A stretch of 64,000 nt of DNA from a virus (lineage: Duplodnaviria > Caudoviricetes), in the IMG/VR virus record IMGVR_UViG_3300038525_000015, positions 16,980 to 80,979 of that record; one strand, 5' to 3'. The position numbers and the translations under genes were made by a program. The notes under the pieces were generated by a model. That model was not told the origin of the DNA, made no database searches, and worked only from the letters and a program-made list of their open reading frames with translations. Of the stretch, positions 9,094 through 17,407 are shown in pieces (within the stretch, counting starts at the first letter, position 1; every line of letters begins with the position of its first letter).

Positions 9094-9215
9094 CACAGCT
9101 CCGCCTTGCGCTTTGCCTGCTCTATGGCGTCGCGCTTGCACTTGGCACACCAGATATGCGGGCGGCCCATCGCGCCACCACACTGCTTGCAGGTGAAACC
9201 CTTCGCGACGGTCAC
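9093..9215 (-). CDS. 40-aa zinc-finger peptide (not in ORF track as called)
   Basis: GTGA overlap; MTVAKGFTCKQCGGAMGRPHIWCAKCKRDAIEQAKRKAEL. Confidence 0.55.
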   Translation of the reverse strand: MTVAKGFTCKQCGGAMGRPHIWCAKCKRDAIEQAKRKAEL

Positions 9216-9382
9216 GGCCGGCCATCCTTTGGCACGCAGGCGTAGCGCATGCTGGTCACCATCGAGTCGAGCTGCTTGGCTTCACGCCCCGCCGTCTCGC
9301 AAGCTGCCTGGGTGCCGAACTCCTGCATAGCAATGCTCCCGCCGTGCGATCCAGTTAGCACCAGTATCAGTATCCAAGTCAT
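9212..9382 (-). CDS. 56-aa membrane-anchored/secreted peptide (not in ORF track)
   Basis: TGATG overlap with holin; MTWILILVLTG...AACE.A...YACVPK. Confidence 0.6.
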   Translation of the reverse strand: MTWILILVLTGSHGGSIAMQEFGTQAACETAGREAKQLDSMVTSMRYACVPKDGRP

Positions 9383-9765
9383 CACAGCCCCGCTCCCCGC
9401 TTGCGCTCCAGCACCGCATCCACGATCTCGGTAATCTCGCGGTCCTTCTTCGCCTCACTCCAGGCGAACAGCGCGCGAACCAGCACCCAGGCTGGCAGGC
9501 CGCAAACGAAGATCACGCCGCCGATGGCGATCATGCCCAGGTCGTCATTCACCCAGTGGCCGAGCTCGAACCAGCGGATCACGAACGCCCCGCCGCCGAT
9601 ACTGGAGACAGTGGTACTGACCATGGCGACTACGAACTCGCGAACGGTGCGCGGCAGTGTCATTGCCATCACGACAACGGCAGCCAACACGGCCATGAAG
9701 CCAAAGGCGCCCAGCTTGTACAGGGCAATGCCGCCTGCAGCGGTCAGCGGGCCTGGCTCGGACAT
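9382..9765 (-). CDS. Holin-like membrane protein
   Basis: 127 aa, 3 hydrophobic segments, MSEPGPLTAAGGIALYKLGAFG start, basic C-terminus; possible upstream start at 9789. Confidence 0.7.
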   Translation of the reverse strand: MSEPGPLTAAGGIALYKLGAFGFMAVLAAVVVMAMTLPRTVREFVVAMVSTTVSSIGGGAFVIRWFELGHWVNDDLGMIAIGGVIFVCGLPAWVLVRALFAWSEAKKDREITEIVDAVLERKRGAGL

Positions 9766-9949
9766 GATGGAGATTCCAGTGGGTTTCATGTGGCACTCCC
9801 GGCCAGGGCCTGGTGGTGTCGTGTAGAGCCGGCTCTCCATGGCCTGGCATCCGCCGGAGAGCAAGGACGCAGGCATGGGAGCCGGAAGGGGTGGATCGTC
9901 GTGCATCCGGGAAAGCGGCCAGCACGTAGCGGCTTTCCTCGGCGGCACA

Positions 9950-9975
9950 GAAAAGCCCGGATTCGCCGGGCTTCT
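9950..9975 (-). terminator. Terminator-like hairpin
   Basis: AAGCCCGGCGAATCCGGGCTTTTCT on minus strand. Confidence 0.6.
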
Positions 9976-9990
9976 CCATCGCAGGCAGTG

Positions 9991-10278
9991 TCAGTAGGGC
10001 GTCGCGCCGTCCGTGTCGGGCAGCGGCTTGGCCGTGACCATCACGAAGTGGTTGCTCATGGCGCGCAGGTTGCTTTTCGGTGCCTGGTCATCGACCGAGC
10101 CGCCGGCGCGCCACATGGCCAGGCCTAGCTCCATTCGGGTGTACGCGACACCCTGCGGCTCGCTGGCGATGAAGGCGGCGCGGTAGGCGTAGATCGCCGG
10201 CTCCGCGAGCGCGGGCAGTACGGCAAAGCAGGACAGGCAGGCGGCAAGCGCGCAGCCCAGGTACTTGGTGATTCGCAT
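9991..10278 (-). CDS. Hypothetical protein with signal peptide, 95 aa
   Basis: GAGGAG RBS; MRITKYLGCALAACLSCFAVLPALA. Confidence 0.6.
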   Translation of the reverse strand: MRITKYLGCALAACLSCFAVLPALAEPAIYAYRAAFIASEPQGVAYTRMELGLAMWRAGGSVDDQAPKSNLRAMSNHFVMVTAKPLPDTDGATPY

Positions 10279-10566
10279 GCGATGCTCCTCGATTGTTGTG
10301 GCACGGAAACGAAAAGGCCCCGCACATGGCGAGGCCGATAGATAGAGCCCGACTCCCCGCACGTCTACGGGGCGATACCTGTGCTCAGGTCGCGCAGTGT
10401 GCTGCGTGTGGCGCGTAGCCAGTCGCAAGCAGGCCGGGATAGGGCTGGGCGCATGGTGGCGAGCCATTCACACGGCCGTTGGCGCCCGGGAACTGGTGGT
10501 GCTGGAAACCGAGCGAAACCGGCTCAAGCCCAGCAATCACGCGGCTTTGTGCCGGTGCTGAAACTC

Positions 10567-10602
10567 AAAAGCCCCGACCAGATTGCTCTGAGCCGGGGCT
10601 TC
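10567..10602 (-). terminator. tR'-like terminator of late leader
   Basis: AAGCCCCGGCTCAGAGCAATCTGGTCGGGGCTTTT downstream of putative late promoter. Confidence 0.6.
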
Positions 10603-10649
10603 ATTCGTTTAATCGTCAATCCTCAACGCGCAAGATCGACAGGATGGGC

Positions 10650-10681
10650 GTAGTTTGTTGCACGGTTGCCTGCCGTGTCAA
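10650..10681 (-). promoter_or_regulatory. Putative late promoter (pR'-like)
   Basis: TTGACA overlapping the Q-like gene stop; -10 weak (CAAACT). Confidence 0.45.
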
Positions 10682-11253
10682 GCGGCAATGTCCAGCAGCA
10701 CACCCTCTGCGCGCAGAATCACCTCAACCTCGGCCAGCGCCTCCTTCACCATGCCCTCCAGCACCGACTCGACGCCCTTGCGCCATCGCCAGTAGGTCGT
10801 CCGGTTCAGGCCTTGGCTGTCCCAGGTGTTCAGGTCGTAGAACTCGGACGGCAGGATGATCATGTCCGTCGAACGCTTGCCGGATGCGCCTTTGAGCTGC
10901 GGGATTGCCCAAGCGGTGACGGCCTTGTAGACGAACAGGCGCGGCGCGTGACTGGCGATCAGCGGCACCAGGGCGCCAATGGATCCAACCTTGTGCGCCT
11001 TGTGCGTGCTGTACCGGGCGACCAGCGCATCCCAGTGGCGCGGCTTGAGTTGGCTATGCAGGCGGGAGTAGACCCAGCAATCCGCATCCTGCCGACTGAT
11101 CGCACCAGAGCGCGCCGCGCGCACCAGGCTCGCCAGATCACCAGCCTCCCCGCTCGACTGATAGAGCTTCTGCCAGGCCTGCTTGCTTGTCGAGTCGATG
11201 CACTCGGCCGCCAGGGCGGATACCACTGCCGCCAGTACGCTGGTGTAGATCAT
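10678..11253 (-). CDS. Late-gene antiterminator Q-like protein
   Basis: 191 aa, last gene of Nin region before late leader; C-terminal HTH-like 'RTTYWRWRK'. Confidence 0.7.
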   Translation of the reverse strand: MIYTSVLAAVVSALAAECIDSTSKQAWQKLYQSSGEAGDLASLVRAARSGAISRQDADCWVYSRLHSQLKPRHWDALVARYSTHKAHKVGSIGALVPLIASHAPRLFVYKAVTAWAIPQLKGASGKRSTDMIILPSEFYDLNTWDSQGLNRTTYWRWRKGVESVLEGMVKEALAEVEVILRAEGVLLDIAA

Positions 11254-11837
11254 GCCACTCCCCCTTTCTTCAGCTCCCGGAGCTTCGCCCGGTACTCCGC
11301 CTTGATGGCCTTCAAGTCTTCGATCGTGTAGCGCTTGGGCTCGTGCGTCCCTTCCAGCCAGGCAACCCGGTCGGCGCCGATCTTCGCCACCAGGTTGATC
11401 CGGTAATTCACGATGTCGCCGGACTTGTGGTTATTGCAGGGCGCGCATTGCTTGTGGACGTTGAACGGCTCGAACCGCAGTTCCGGGGTCGATCCCACTG
11501 TGCGGTAATGGCCAGCGTGGTACTGGCCCTGGTGGTGCCGGCCGCAGCTGATGCAGGGCTGGTCCCGGTCACGCTCGCGCACCCAGGCGTTGAACACGGC
11601 CTGCGCCTCGCGCATGTGGTCGGCCCTGGTCTTGAGCCGTTGCTTGGCAGCGCGGATCTCCTTCCGCTCCATCGTGGCCAGCGCCTTGCGCTCTCGATCC
11701 TGCTTCGCCCGGGTCAGGGACAGAGCGCACGGGACGCTGCAGGCGACCTGCAGGGGCTTGGACGGGGTGAACTGCTCGCGGCAGTGCCGGCACTTCTTGG
11801 AGCGCGTCGCCTTACCGGCCTGTACTGCTTGCCTCAC
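11250..11837 (-). CDS. ninG: NinG recombination protein
   Basis: 'KKCRHC', 'RERDRDQPCISCG', 'HAGHYR...ELRF...NVHKQCAPCN..KSGD'. Confidence 0.92.
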   Translation of the reverse strand: MRQAVQAGKATRSKKCRHCREQFTPSKPLQVACSVPCALSLTRAKQDRERKALATMERKEIRAAKQRLKTRADHMREAQAVFNAWVRERDRDQPCISCGRHHQGQYHAGHYRTVGSTPELRFEPFNVHKQCAPCNNHKSGDIVNYRINLVAKIGADRVAWLEGTHEPKRYTIEDLKAIKAEYRAKLRELKKGGVA

Positions 11838-12039
11838 TCCCCGCCCTCCTCGCCAGCGCCGCCACAACAGCATCCCGGGCATCCTCGGCCACAGCTGCCA
11901 GCAGCCGGCGCGCTTCCGCCTGCCGCTCCTTGCCCTTGAGTTCCCGGCACTTCCACCGGATCAGGCACGCCTGCTTGTCGGCCTCGATCAGCGCCCGATC
12001 CGTTGCTGGCAACAAGGCCAAATTGCGCGAGCCAGTCAT
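11812..12039 (-). CDS. Hypothetical Nin-region protein, 75 aa
   Basis: GAGGG RBS; 'DRALIEADKQACLIRWK'. Confidence 0.6.
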   Translation of the reverse strand: MTGSRNLALLPATDRALIEADKQACLIRWKCRELKGKERQAEARRLLAAVAEDARDAVVAALARRAGSEASSTGR

Positions 12040-12114
12040 GGCCGACACCCTCGTAATGCTCGCCTGTGTTGCCGTTCTGGCCGATCACGTCGATTCGGCT
12101 GATCTTCATTTCCC

Positions 12115-12213
12115 TCACCGCCCCCACTCCAGCCAAGCGCCCAAGCACACGCAGCCCATCGCGAACAACGGCTGCCCGAAAAACAGGAACAGGAACGCGA
12201 ACAGCCAGATCAC
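12115..12213 (-). CDS. 32-aa hydrophobic peptide (not in ORF track)
   Basis: GTGA overlap with ninB stop; MIWLFAFLFLFFGQPLFAMGCVCLGAWLEWGR. Confidence 0.45.
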   Translation of the reverse strand: MIWLFAFLFLFFGQPLFAMGCVCLGAWLEWGR

Positions 12214-12614
12214 GCCGCAATCCCCCAGTGGTCAGCCGTGGTGAACTTCACGCCCTGCTCGGCGGCGAACGCCTCCATCACCTCGAACATGTCCGAGAAC
12301 CACTTCTTGCTCTGCTTGCGGGTCGAGATGCCCAGCACCACGAAGCCGCCATCCAGGCCAGGTACGGCGCGCTGCTTCTCCACCGAGGCGCTGAAAATGT
12401 GCTTCCAGTCCTCTTCCTTGAGCTTCTGGCCGTACCACTCAACCTGGCGGCTGATGTCGCGCAACATGGCCCACATGCGGCGGTTCTGCGGGTCGCTTCG
12501 GACCTCTTCGCGCATGGTCCAGGTCCAGCCGGCGGAGAGGTCCACCTTCTGCAGGATTGCGATGGCGCGCTGGCGATCAATTTCGCTGCGGAGCGGGAAT
12601 GTCGGATTACCCAC
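12210..12614 (-). CDS. ninB: NinB recombination protein
   Basis: 'RSDPQNRRMWAMLRDISRQV.W.G.KL..EDWKHIF', 'VPGLDGGFVVLG.ST'. Confidence 0.92.
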   Translation of the reverse strand: MGNPTFPLRSEIDRQRAIAILQKVDLSAGWTWTMREEVRSDPQNRRMWAMLRDISRQVEWYGQKLKEEDWKHIFSASVEKQRAVPGLDGGFVVLGISTRKQSKKWFSDMFEVMEAFAAEQGVKFTTADHWGIAA

Positions 12615-12873
12615 GGCGATGCCTCCCCTTCTCGTCCTCGACCTCCTGGCACGGCGCGCAGCGGATCGCCCAGGGCGCAGCGGCACGGCGGGCGGCCGGG
12701 ATCTGGCAACCACAATCCTCGCAGTCGTCCTGCCCGGCGCCCTGCATCTGGGCGCGCACAAGGGCAACGCCGCCCAGCTCGGCCAGCGTCGCGTTGGCAG
12801 ACGCTTTGTCTGCGGGGTCGGCGGCGGTACGGGCCAGCTCAAGGGCTTCGGCCATTTCGGTTCGGTCAGTCAT
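12607..12873 (-). CDS. TraR/DksA C4 zinc-finger protein
   Basis: 'CEDCG..IP.ARR.A.P....C..CQ' motif. Confidence 0.85.
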   Translation of the reverse strand: MTDRTEMAEALELARTAADPADKASANATLAELGGVALVRAQMQGAGQDDCEDCGCQIPAARRAAAPWAIRCAPCQEVEDEKGRHRRG

Positions 12874-13558
12874 GGGCAGCACCACCTGCACCACCTGCAC
12901 CACCTGCAGGTTTCCGCTGCTCCTGCATGACCTGCAGCTTTTCGCGCAACCTGCTGGTCAGCGGCGGCGCCTGCAAAACGGGCAGCTCCTGCTCAACCAG
13001 CACCAGCGCGATACACAGCCCCTGGAGCAAGGCGCTCTCGGTTGTGCCTTGCGGCTCAGGTGCCGGCAATGTCGCCCCGGCAGCCCTCAGTTGGTCGCGC
13101 ACCCGTTCCAGGGCCGCCGCAAGCCGGTCGCGGTCAGCTGCCAGTGCCGCCCAATGCTCTGCCGCCTTCGGCCCATGCAGTAGCTCCAGCAGTCGCAGCC
13201 GCTTGACCTCTGCCCGGAGCTTTTCCGCCTCGGCCGACCAGTCAAGCCAGGCGTCGAGATCAAAGTCACCCCTGACGCCTTCGCGCAGCCGCTTGTTTTC
13301 GGAGCGCAACTTGGAGACTTCCGCGCGCAGGTCTCGCATTTCGCGAGCCTCAGTCTCCTTGTGCATCTTGTAGAGCCCGGCCAGCGCCTCGTTTTGCTCA
13401 ATGAGCTTGAGCACAGCGGCCGGGCTGACTGCCTCGGCGAATGCCTGCTCCGCCGGGGACAACCCGAACGATGGCTGCCAGTCATTCGGATCGCCGTACA
13501 TGGCGTTATCCGTGCGCGCAGCCTCGGCCAGCGCCTTCAGCTTCTCGATATCAACCAC
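12866..13558 (-). CDS. Ead/Ea22-like coiled-coil protein
   Basis: 'DIEKLKALAEAA', 'AVSPAAVLKLIEQNE'. Confidence 0.7.
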   Translation of the reverse strand: MVDIEKLKALAEAARTDNAMYGDPNDWQPSFGLSPAEQAFAEAVSPAAVLKLIEQNEALAGLYKMHKETEAREMRDLRAEVSKLRSENKRLREGVRGDFDLDAWLDWSAEAEKLRAEVKRLRLLELLHGPKAAEHWAALAADRDRLAAALERVRDQLRAAGATLPAPEPQGTTESALLQGLCIALVLVEQELPVLQAPPLTSRLREKLQVMQEQRKPAGGAGGAGGAAHD

Positions 13559-13661
13559 GATCAAACCCCTCTTCGCGGAATACCCGCACTGCAAACTCGA
13601 TGTAGCCGGTGATGCCGGCGGCGGCGATCCAGCAGAGGGCCTGAAATGCGTACTCAGCCAT
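13551..13661 (-). CDS. 36-aa hydrophobic peptide (not in ORF track)
   Basis: TGATG overlap with dnaB stop; MAEYAFQALCWIAAAGITGYIEFAVRVFREEGFDRG. Confidence 0.45.
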   Translation of the reverse strand: MAEYAFQALCWIAAAGITGYIEFAVRVFREEGFDRG

Positions 13662-15001
13662 CAGAAATTCACCTCGACGTCATTGCTGCTGCGGAAGTGC
13701 TGGGCGAGCGGAACGAACCTGGAACAGGACCCCTGGAACGCGGTGAGCACGGTGTCGATCTCGCCGTCACGGTTCTTGCGGATCAGGACTTCGCCGATAC
13801 CCTTGTCCTGGGTGTTCGGGTGGTAAACCTCGTCGCGGTACACGAACATCACGATGTCGGCGTCCTGCTCGATGGCGCCGGACTCGCGCAGATCGGAAAG
13901 GACCGGGCGCTTGTCGGGGCGAGACTCGCAGCCACGATTGAGCTGGGCCAGGATGATCACCGGGCAGCCGATCTCGCGAGCCAGTAGCTTGATCTGGCGT
14001 GACATCGCGGTGACATCCTCAACTCGGCCGGCGCCCTCGCCCTCGATAAGGCCCAGGTAGTCGATAACCACCAGGCCCATGCCACCCATGCGGTGCTTCT
14101 GCCGGCGCACAATCGAGCGGATGCGCGGCATGGTCATCACCGGAACATCGGATACCGCAATGGGCGCCTCCGAGATCTTGTGGGCGGCACTCGTGAGCTG
14201 CGCGGCGTAGTCGTTGCAGCACTCGCCAGTTTTCAGCGATGGGAGCGGTATCCCGCCAACCGCCGCGATGAGGCGATCCATGAGCTGGGTCTTGCTCATT
14301 TCCAGGCTGATGACGGCAACCGGCTTGCGCTGGTTGATGGCCGCGTCAGCGGCTATGTTCATGGCCAGCGTGGTCTTGCCCATCGCAGGGCGACCGCCGA
14401 TGACGATCATCTGCCCCGGCTTCATTCCCTGAAGACGCCGATCCAGGTCAGGAATGCCAGTGCCCAGGCCGTCGATGGTTTCACCCTTGGCCAGGCGGTC
14501 GTTTCGCTCCTGCAAAATCTCGATGTGCTCGCGCAGGATGTCACCCACCATCTGGCACTCGACATCTGCGCCGCTGGCATCCAGAGCGAGGATGGTCGAT
14601 TGCGCCTGGGCAATCTTGTCCTCAACGGCTGCCTGCTCGTGGGCGATCTCGTGGATTCGCTCTGCTGCGGCCGCGATCTGCCGGCCAACGGCGCGGTCAC
14701 GGATAATCTGCGCGTAGACCTTGGCGTTTGCGGCGCTCGGGGTGTTCTTCTGGATCTCGCCCGCATAAGCCATCGTGCGGGTGCCGCTTGGCAGTTCGGT
14801 GCGGCGCTCGCCCAGGGTAATCACGTCAACCGGCTGCCCATCGTTGTGTAGCTCGAGGATCAGGCGGTACAGGTCGGCGTTATCCTGGTATGCGAACGCT
14901 TCAGGCGACAGGTCATCGCTCAGGACGTCGATCAGGTGCGGCTGCTTGAGCATTGCGCCGATGACGCCGTGCTCCGCTTCCAGGCTGTGAAGTTCGATCA
15001 T
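13661..15001 (-). CDS. dnaB: Phage replicative DNA helicase (DnaB family)
   Basis: 'GGRPAMGKT', 'VVIDYLGL', 'LAQLNR', 'DLRESGAIEQDAD'. Confidence 0.97.
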   Translation of the reverse strand: MIELHSLEAEHGVIGAMLKQPHLIDVLSDDLSPEAFAYQDNADLYRLILELHNDGQPVDVITLGERRTELPSGTRTMAYAGEIQKNTPSAANAKVYAQIIRDRAVGRQIAAAAERIHEIAHEQAAVEDKIAQAQSTILALDASGADVECQMVGDILREHIEILQERNDRLAKGETIDGLGTGIPDLDRRLQGMKPGQMIVIGGRPAMGKTTLAMNIAADAAINQRKPVAVISLEMSKTQLMDRLIAAVGGIPLPSLKTGECCNDYAAQLTSAAHKISEAPIAVSDVPVMTMPRIRSIVRRQKHRMGGMGLVVIDYLGLIEGEGAGRVEDVTAMSRQIKLLAREIGCPVIILAQLNRGCESRPDKRPVLSDLRESGAIEQDADIVMFVYRDEVYHPNTQDKGIGEVLIRKNRDGEIDTVLTAFQGSCSRFVPLAQHFRSSNDVEVNF

Positions 15002-16035
15002 TGCTGCGCCTCCGAGATTTCACGGAACACGGCGCGGCTGACCAGGGCTTCGAGGCGCGGAACGACGTTCTGGCCGCGGTAGAACACCTGGGAGCGGTTG
15101 TTGGCCTTCTGGAAGAACGGCAGCCAGAAATCCTTGCCGCTCTGGTGCTCCGGCGATTCGTTCCAGCGCTCGACAATCATGCTGCGAAGCGCCTTGTCGG
15201 CCTTCACGGTCACTGCCGGCAGGTTCGGGCAAACACGGTGGTACAGGTCGATGATCTGATCCACCGGGACGTCAGCTTCGCCGGCTTCCGGTGCGGACGG
15301 CTGGACTGCCGCACGGACCTTCTCGGACTTCACCCACTTGACCAGGCGGTTGCACCAGCCAGCAGCGGTGTCGCATACCGTGGCATGTGCCGCCCAGTGG
15401 CAGACAAACCCGGCAATCAGCTCGTCGGTGAACGCCTCGAGCTGCACGCCCTGCATGGTGGCGTAGGTTTTCAGCGTTGCAGCGTCCGGCTTCCAGCCAA
15501 GCGTCATCGGCCGGTACTGGCTCCCCTCGAAAATGTCAGCGACCTTCGCGCCGGCGCCCTGAGCAGAGCCTGAAGTAATCTCTGTAGTAGTCTCTGTAAT
15601 AGATTGGCGTTTTCCGCCATCACAGACTGGCGCTTTCGTGCAATCCAGTTTGGCGCTTTCCGCCATACTGGATTGGCGCTTTTGTACATCCAGGCAATCA
15701 ATGACCTTTTCCAGGTTGACGCGGAAGTAGGTCTTGCACGGAACGCCCTTCTTCAGCTCTTCGACCAGACCCAGGGCCTTAAGCTTTGCCCTGGCGGTTT
15801 CCTGCTCGCGTCGCGTGAGGCCGGTCTCGGCCTCCCATTCGGCCTGGGTCTTGTAGAACCAGCCATCGGTGTCGCTGGTGCGACTAGACCAGTAGACGGC
15901 CTGGGAAAGCATCAGGGCGCCCGTAACGCCAGCGCCCAAATCAACGAACTGGCGGTGATAGGCTACTGGCCGCTCGAGCATCGATTGCAGCGGCATAGTG
16001 TCCTGACCTCGAATGACAGAAACTCGAGTATTCAT
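14998..16035 (-). CDS. Replication initiator (lambda O-like)
   Basis: N-terminal wHTH 'WFYKTQAEWEAETGLTRREQ', internal iterons, next to DnaB. Confidence 0.88.
   Translation of the reverse strand: MNTRVSVIRGQDTMPLQSMLERPVAYHRQFVDLGAGVTGALMLSQAVYWSSRTSDTDGWFYKTQAEWEAETGLTRREQETARAKLKALGLVEELKKGVPCKTYFRVNLEKVIDCLDVQKRQSSMAESAKLDCTKAPVCDGGKRQSITETTTEITSGSAQGAGAKVADIFEGSQYRPMTLGWKPDAATLKTYATMQGVQLEAFTDELIAGFVCHWAAHATVCDTAAGWCNRLVKWVKSEKVRAAVQPSAPEAGEADVPVDQIIDLYHRVCPNLPAVTVKADKALRSMIVERWNESPEHQSGKDFWLPFFQKANNRSQVFYRGQNVVPRLEALVSRAVFREISEAQQ
15603..15689. repeat. Four iterons (phage replication origin)
   Basis: TGGCG(C/T)TTT at 15605, 15628, 15651, 15674, exactly 23 bp apart, inside initiator gene. 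Confidence 0.85.
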
Positions 16036-16622
16036 GCGTCAGCCCTCTCGACAATCAGAGCCAGCGAACGCTTTGGCTTGATAGGGCACTCGGCGGGCAG
16101 GTGCTCGAGCAGGATGCTTTTGGATACGGCGGCAGCACTTATGATCCATTGCGGGACCAGGCTGATCGGGCAGCTGAAGCGAACTTTTTCTTCTTCGCGC
16201 CACATTGCTATGCCGCACTGAAACCGAGCCATCTCGGCGAACAAGCGGACGCGCTCTGCATCGGATTCAGCGCTTCTTATCTTGGCGAGATCCATGTCGA
16301 CTGCGAGGTAGTAACTGCCGTCGCTGGTTGTCACGCACGAAGTACAGAGCTCGCTAATCGTGCTGATAAAAGTCTCGAGCGACCCACGAAAGAATTCGCG
16401 CCCATCATTGATGCGCTCGAGCTCGAACATTTCATGAATTTCGCGCTCTACGGCGAGCGGATCCTCCACCTCGCCATAACACAGCAAATCGAATGGCATG
16501 GGGGCACTGGTCGAACTAGACAGCTCATGGACGCGCTGGCTCGGGGCGCGCTCAGTCATGCCGATCTTGAAAATGCCCGGCATAGCTTGATTGCCCAAGC
16601 AGTAGATAAAACCGAATTTCAT
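16032..16622 (-). CDS. T5orf172/MUG113-type GIY-YIG nuclease family protein
   Basis: 'GFIYCL.N.AMPGIFKIGMT..P..RV.EL...T..P.PF', 'R.N.GREFF'; lower GC. Confidence 0.88.
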   Translation of the reverse strand: MKFGFIYCLGNQAMPGIFKIGMTERAPSQRVHELSSSTSAPMPFDLLCYGEVEDPLAVEREIHEMFELERINDGREFFRGSLETFISTISELCTSCVTTSDGSYYLAVDMDLAKIRSAESDAERVRLFAEMARFQCGIAMWREEEKVRFSCPISLVPQWIISAAAVSKSILLEHLPAECPIKPKRSLALIVERADA

Positions 16623-16625
16623 GGC

Positions 16626-16874
16626 TTATACTTCCTCCGTCATACGTACTTCTGTGCTCACTTCGGTTGCAGCCGAAGCGCACAACGAGGCCCGCAGATG
16701 CGCCAAACACGCACTGCGGGCTTTCTTTTTGCCGTCCGCGCTGTAGCTCGCTCGCACCTGGCGGGCAAACTCCATTGCATGGGCCTGGTGTTCTTCCCGG
16801 CTGGCCATTGCGACCAGTGCCGGATTACCCATCCCGGAAAGCGCCTTGGTCAGCGTCCTGTTGATCTGTTCCAT
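16626..16874 (-). CDS. Hypothetical protein, 82 aa (cII position)
   Basis: ORF between cro and replication genes. Confidence 0.55.
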   Translation of the reverse strand: MEQINRTLTKALSGMGNPALVAMASREEHQAHAMEFARQVRASYSADGKKKARSACLAHLRASLCASAATEVSTEVRMTEEV

Positions 16875-16980
16875 TCCGAACCCCTGGAAACCACTGGATA
16901 ACCGTCCACCCAACCCGGGCGACTACTCCTGCCCTCCCCATCCCCGCAGAATGCGAGGCATGGAAAAGGCAGCCCTAAAT

Positions 16981-17298
16981 TCATCCCGCCAAACGATCAG
17001 CCAGCTCGACTGCCTTCTCTCCGCATTCGCGCAGGGCCTGGATTTCGTTGCCGGTGGGATCGGTGGTGCGGCGGCCGCGACGGTCGTCGGGGGCGAGTTG
17101 GGCGCGGCGGCCGGAGCTGGGCGCAGCCTCACGCTGAGCGATGACCTTGAACTTGCCCTTGGTGATGACCTGAATCTGGTACTGGCGCGCCTCGGGGACT
17201 TCCTCGCCCCACATGCTCACAGCGCTCGGCTGGATGCCCAGGGCCTCGGCCAGCTTCTTTTTCCCGCCGAAATGGGCGGCGACGTCTGCAGTCTTCAT
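16981..17298 (-). CDS. cro: Cro-like HTH repressor with C-terminal extension
   Basis: MKTADVAAHFGGKKKLAEALGIQPSAVSMWG..VPEARQYQI; divergent from cI. Confidence 0.9.
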   Translation of the reverse strand: MKTADVAAHFGGKKKLAEALGIQPSAVSMWGEEVPEARQYQIQVITKGKFKVIAQREAAPSSGRRAQLAPDDRRGRRTTDPTGNEIQALRECGEKAVELADRLAG

Positions 17299-17324
17299 TT
17301 CGTCTCCCGAATCTGACTGGACGC

Positions 17325-17400
17325 ATTTCAGCATGCTTAATTTACAGGGTCAACAAGCCCCGCAGACTCAATGCATACTTAATTTCAGTTCACTTAACAT
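17325..17400. promoter_or_regulatory. OR operators and pR
   Basis: ATTTCAGCATGCTTAATTT (17325) and ATTTCAGTTCACTTAACAT (17382); minus-strand TTGACC-17-TGAAAT. Confidence 0.75.
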
Positions 17401-17407
17401 CAACGGC

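Noticed and set aside
10455-10560. Minus-strand stretch ending CCAGCACCACCA resembling a tRNA 3' end
   Set aside because: No convincing D arm, anticodon arm or TTC T-loop could be folded; at most a degenerate remnant in the late leader
11834-12108. ORF segment MKISRIDVIGQNGNTGEHY...
   Set aside because: The start looks real, but the frame runs on as off-frame text over the 11812-12039 gene; boundaries could not be supported
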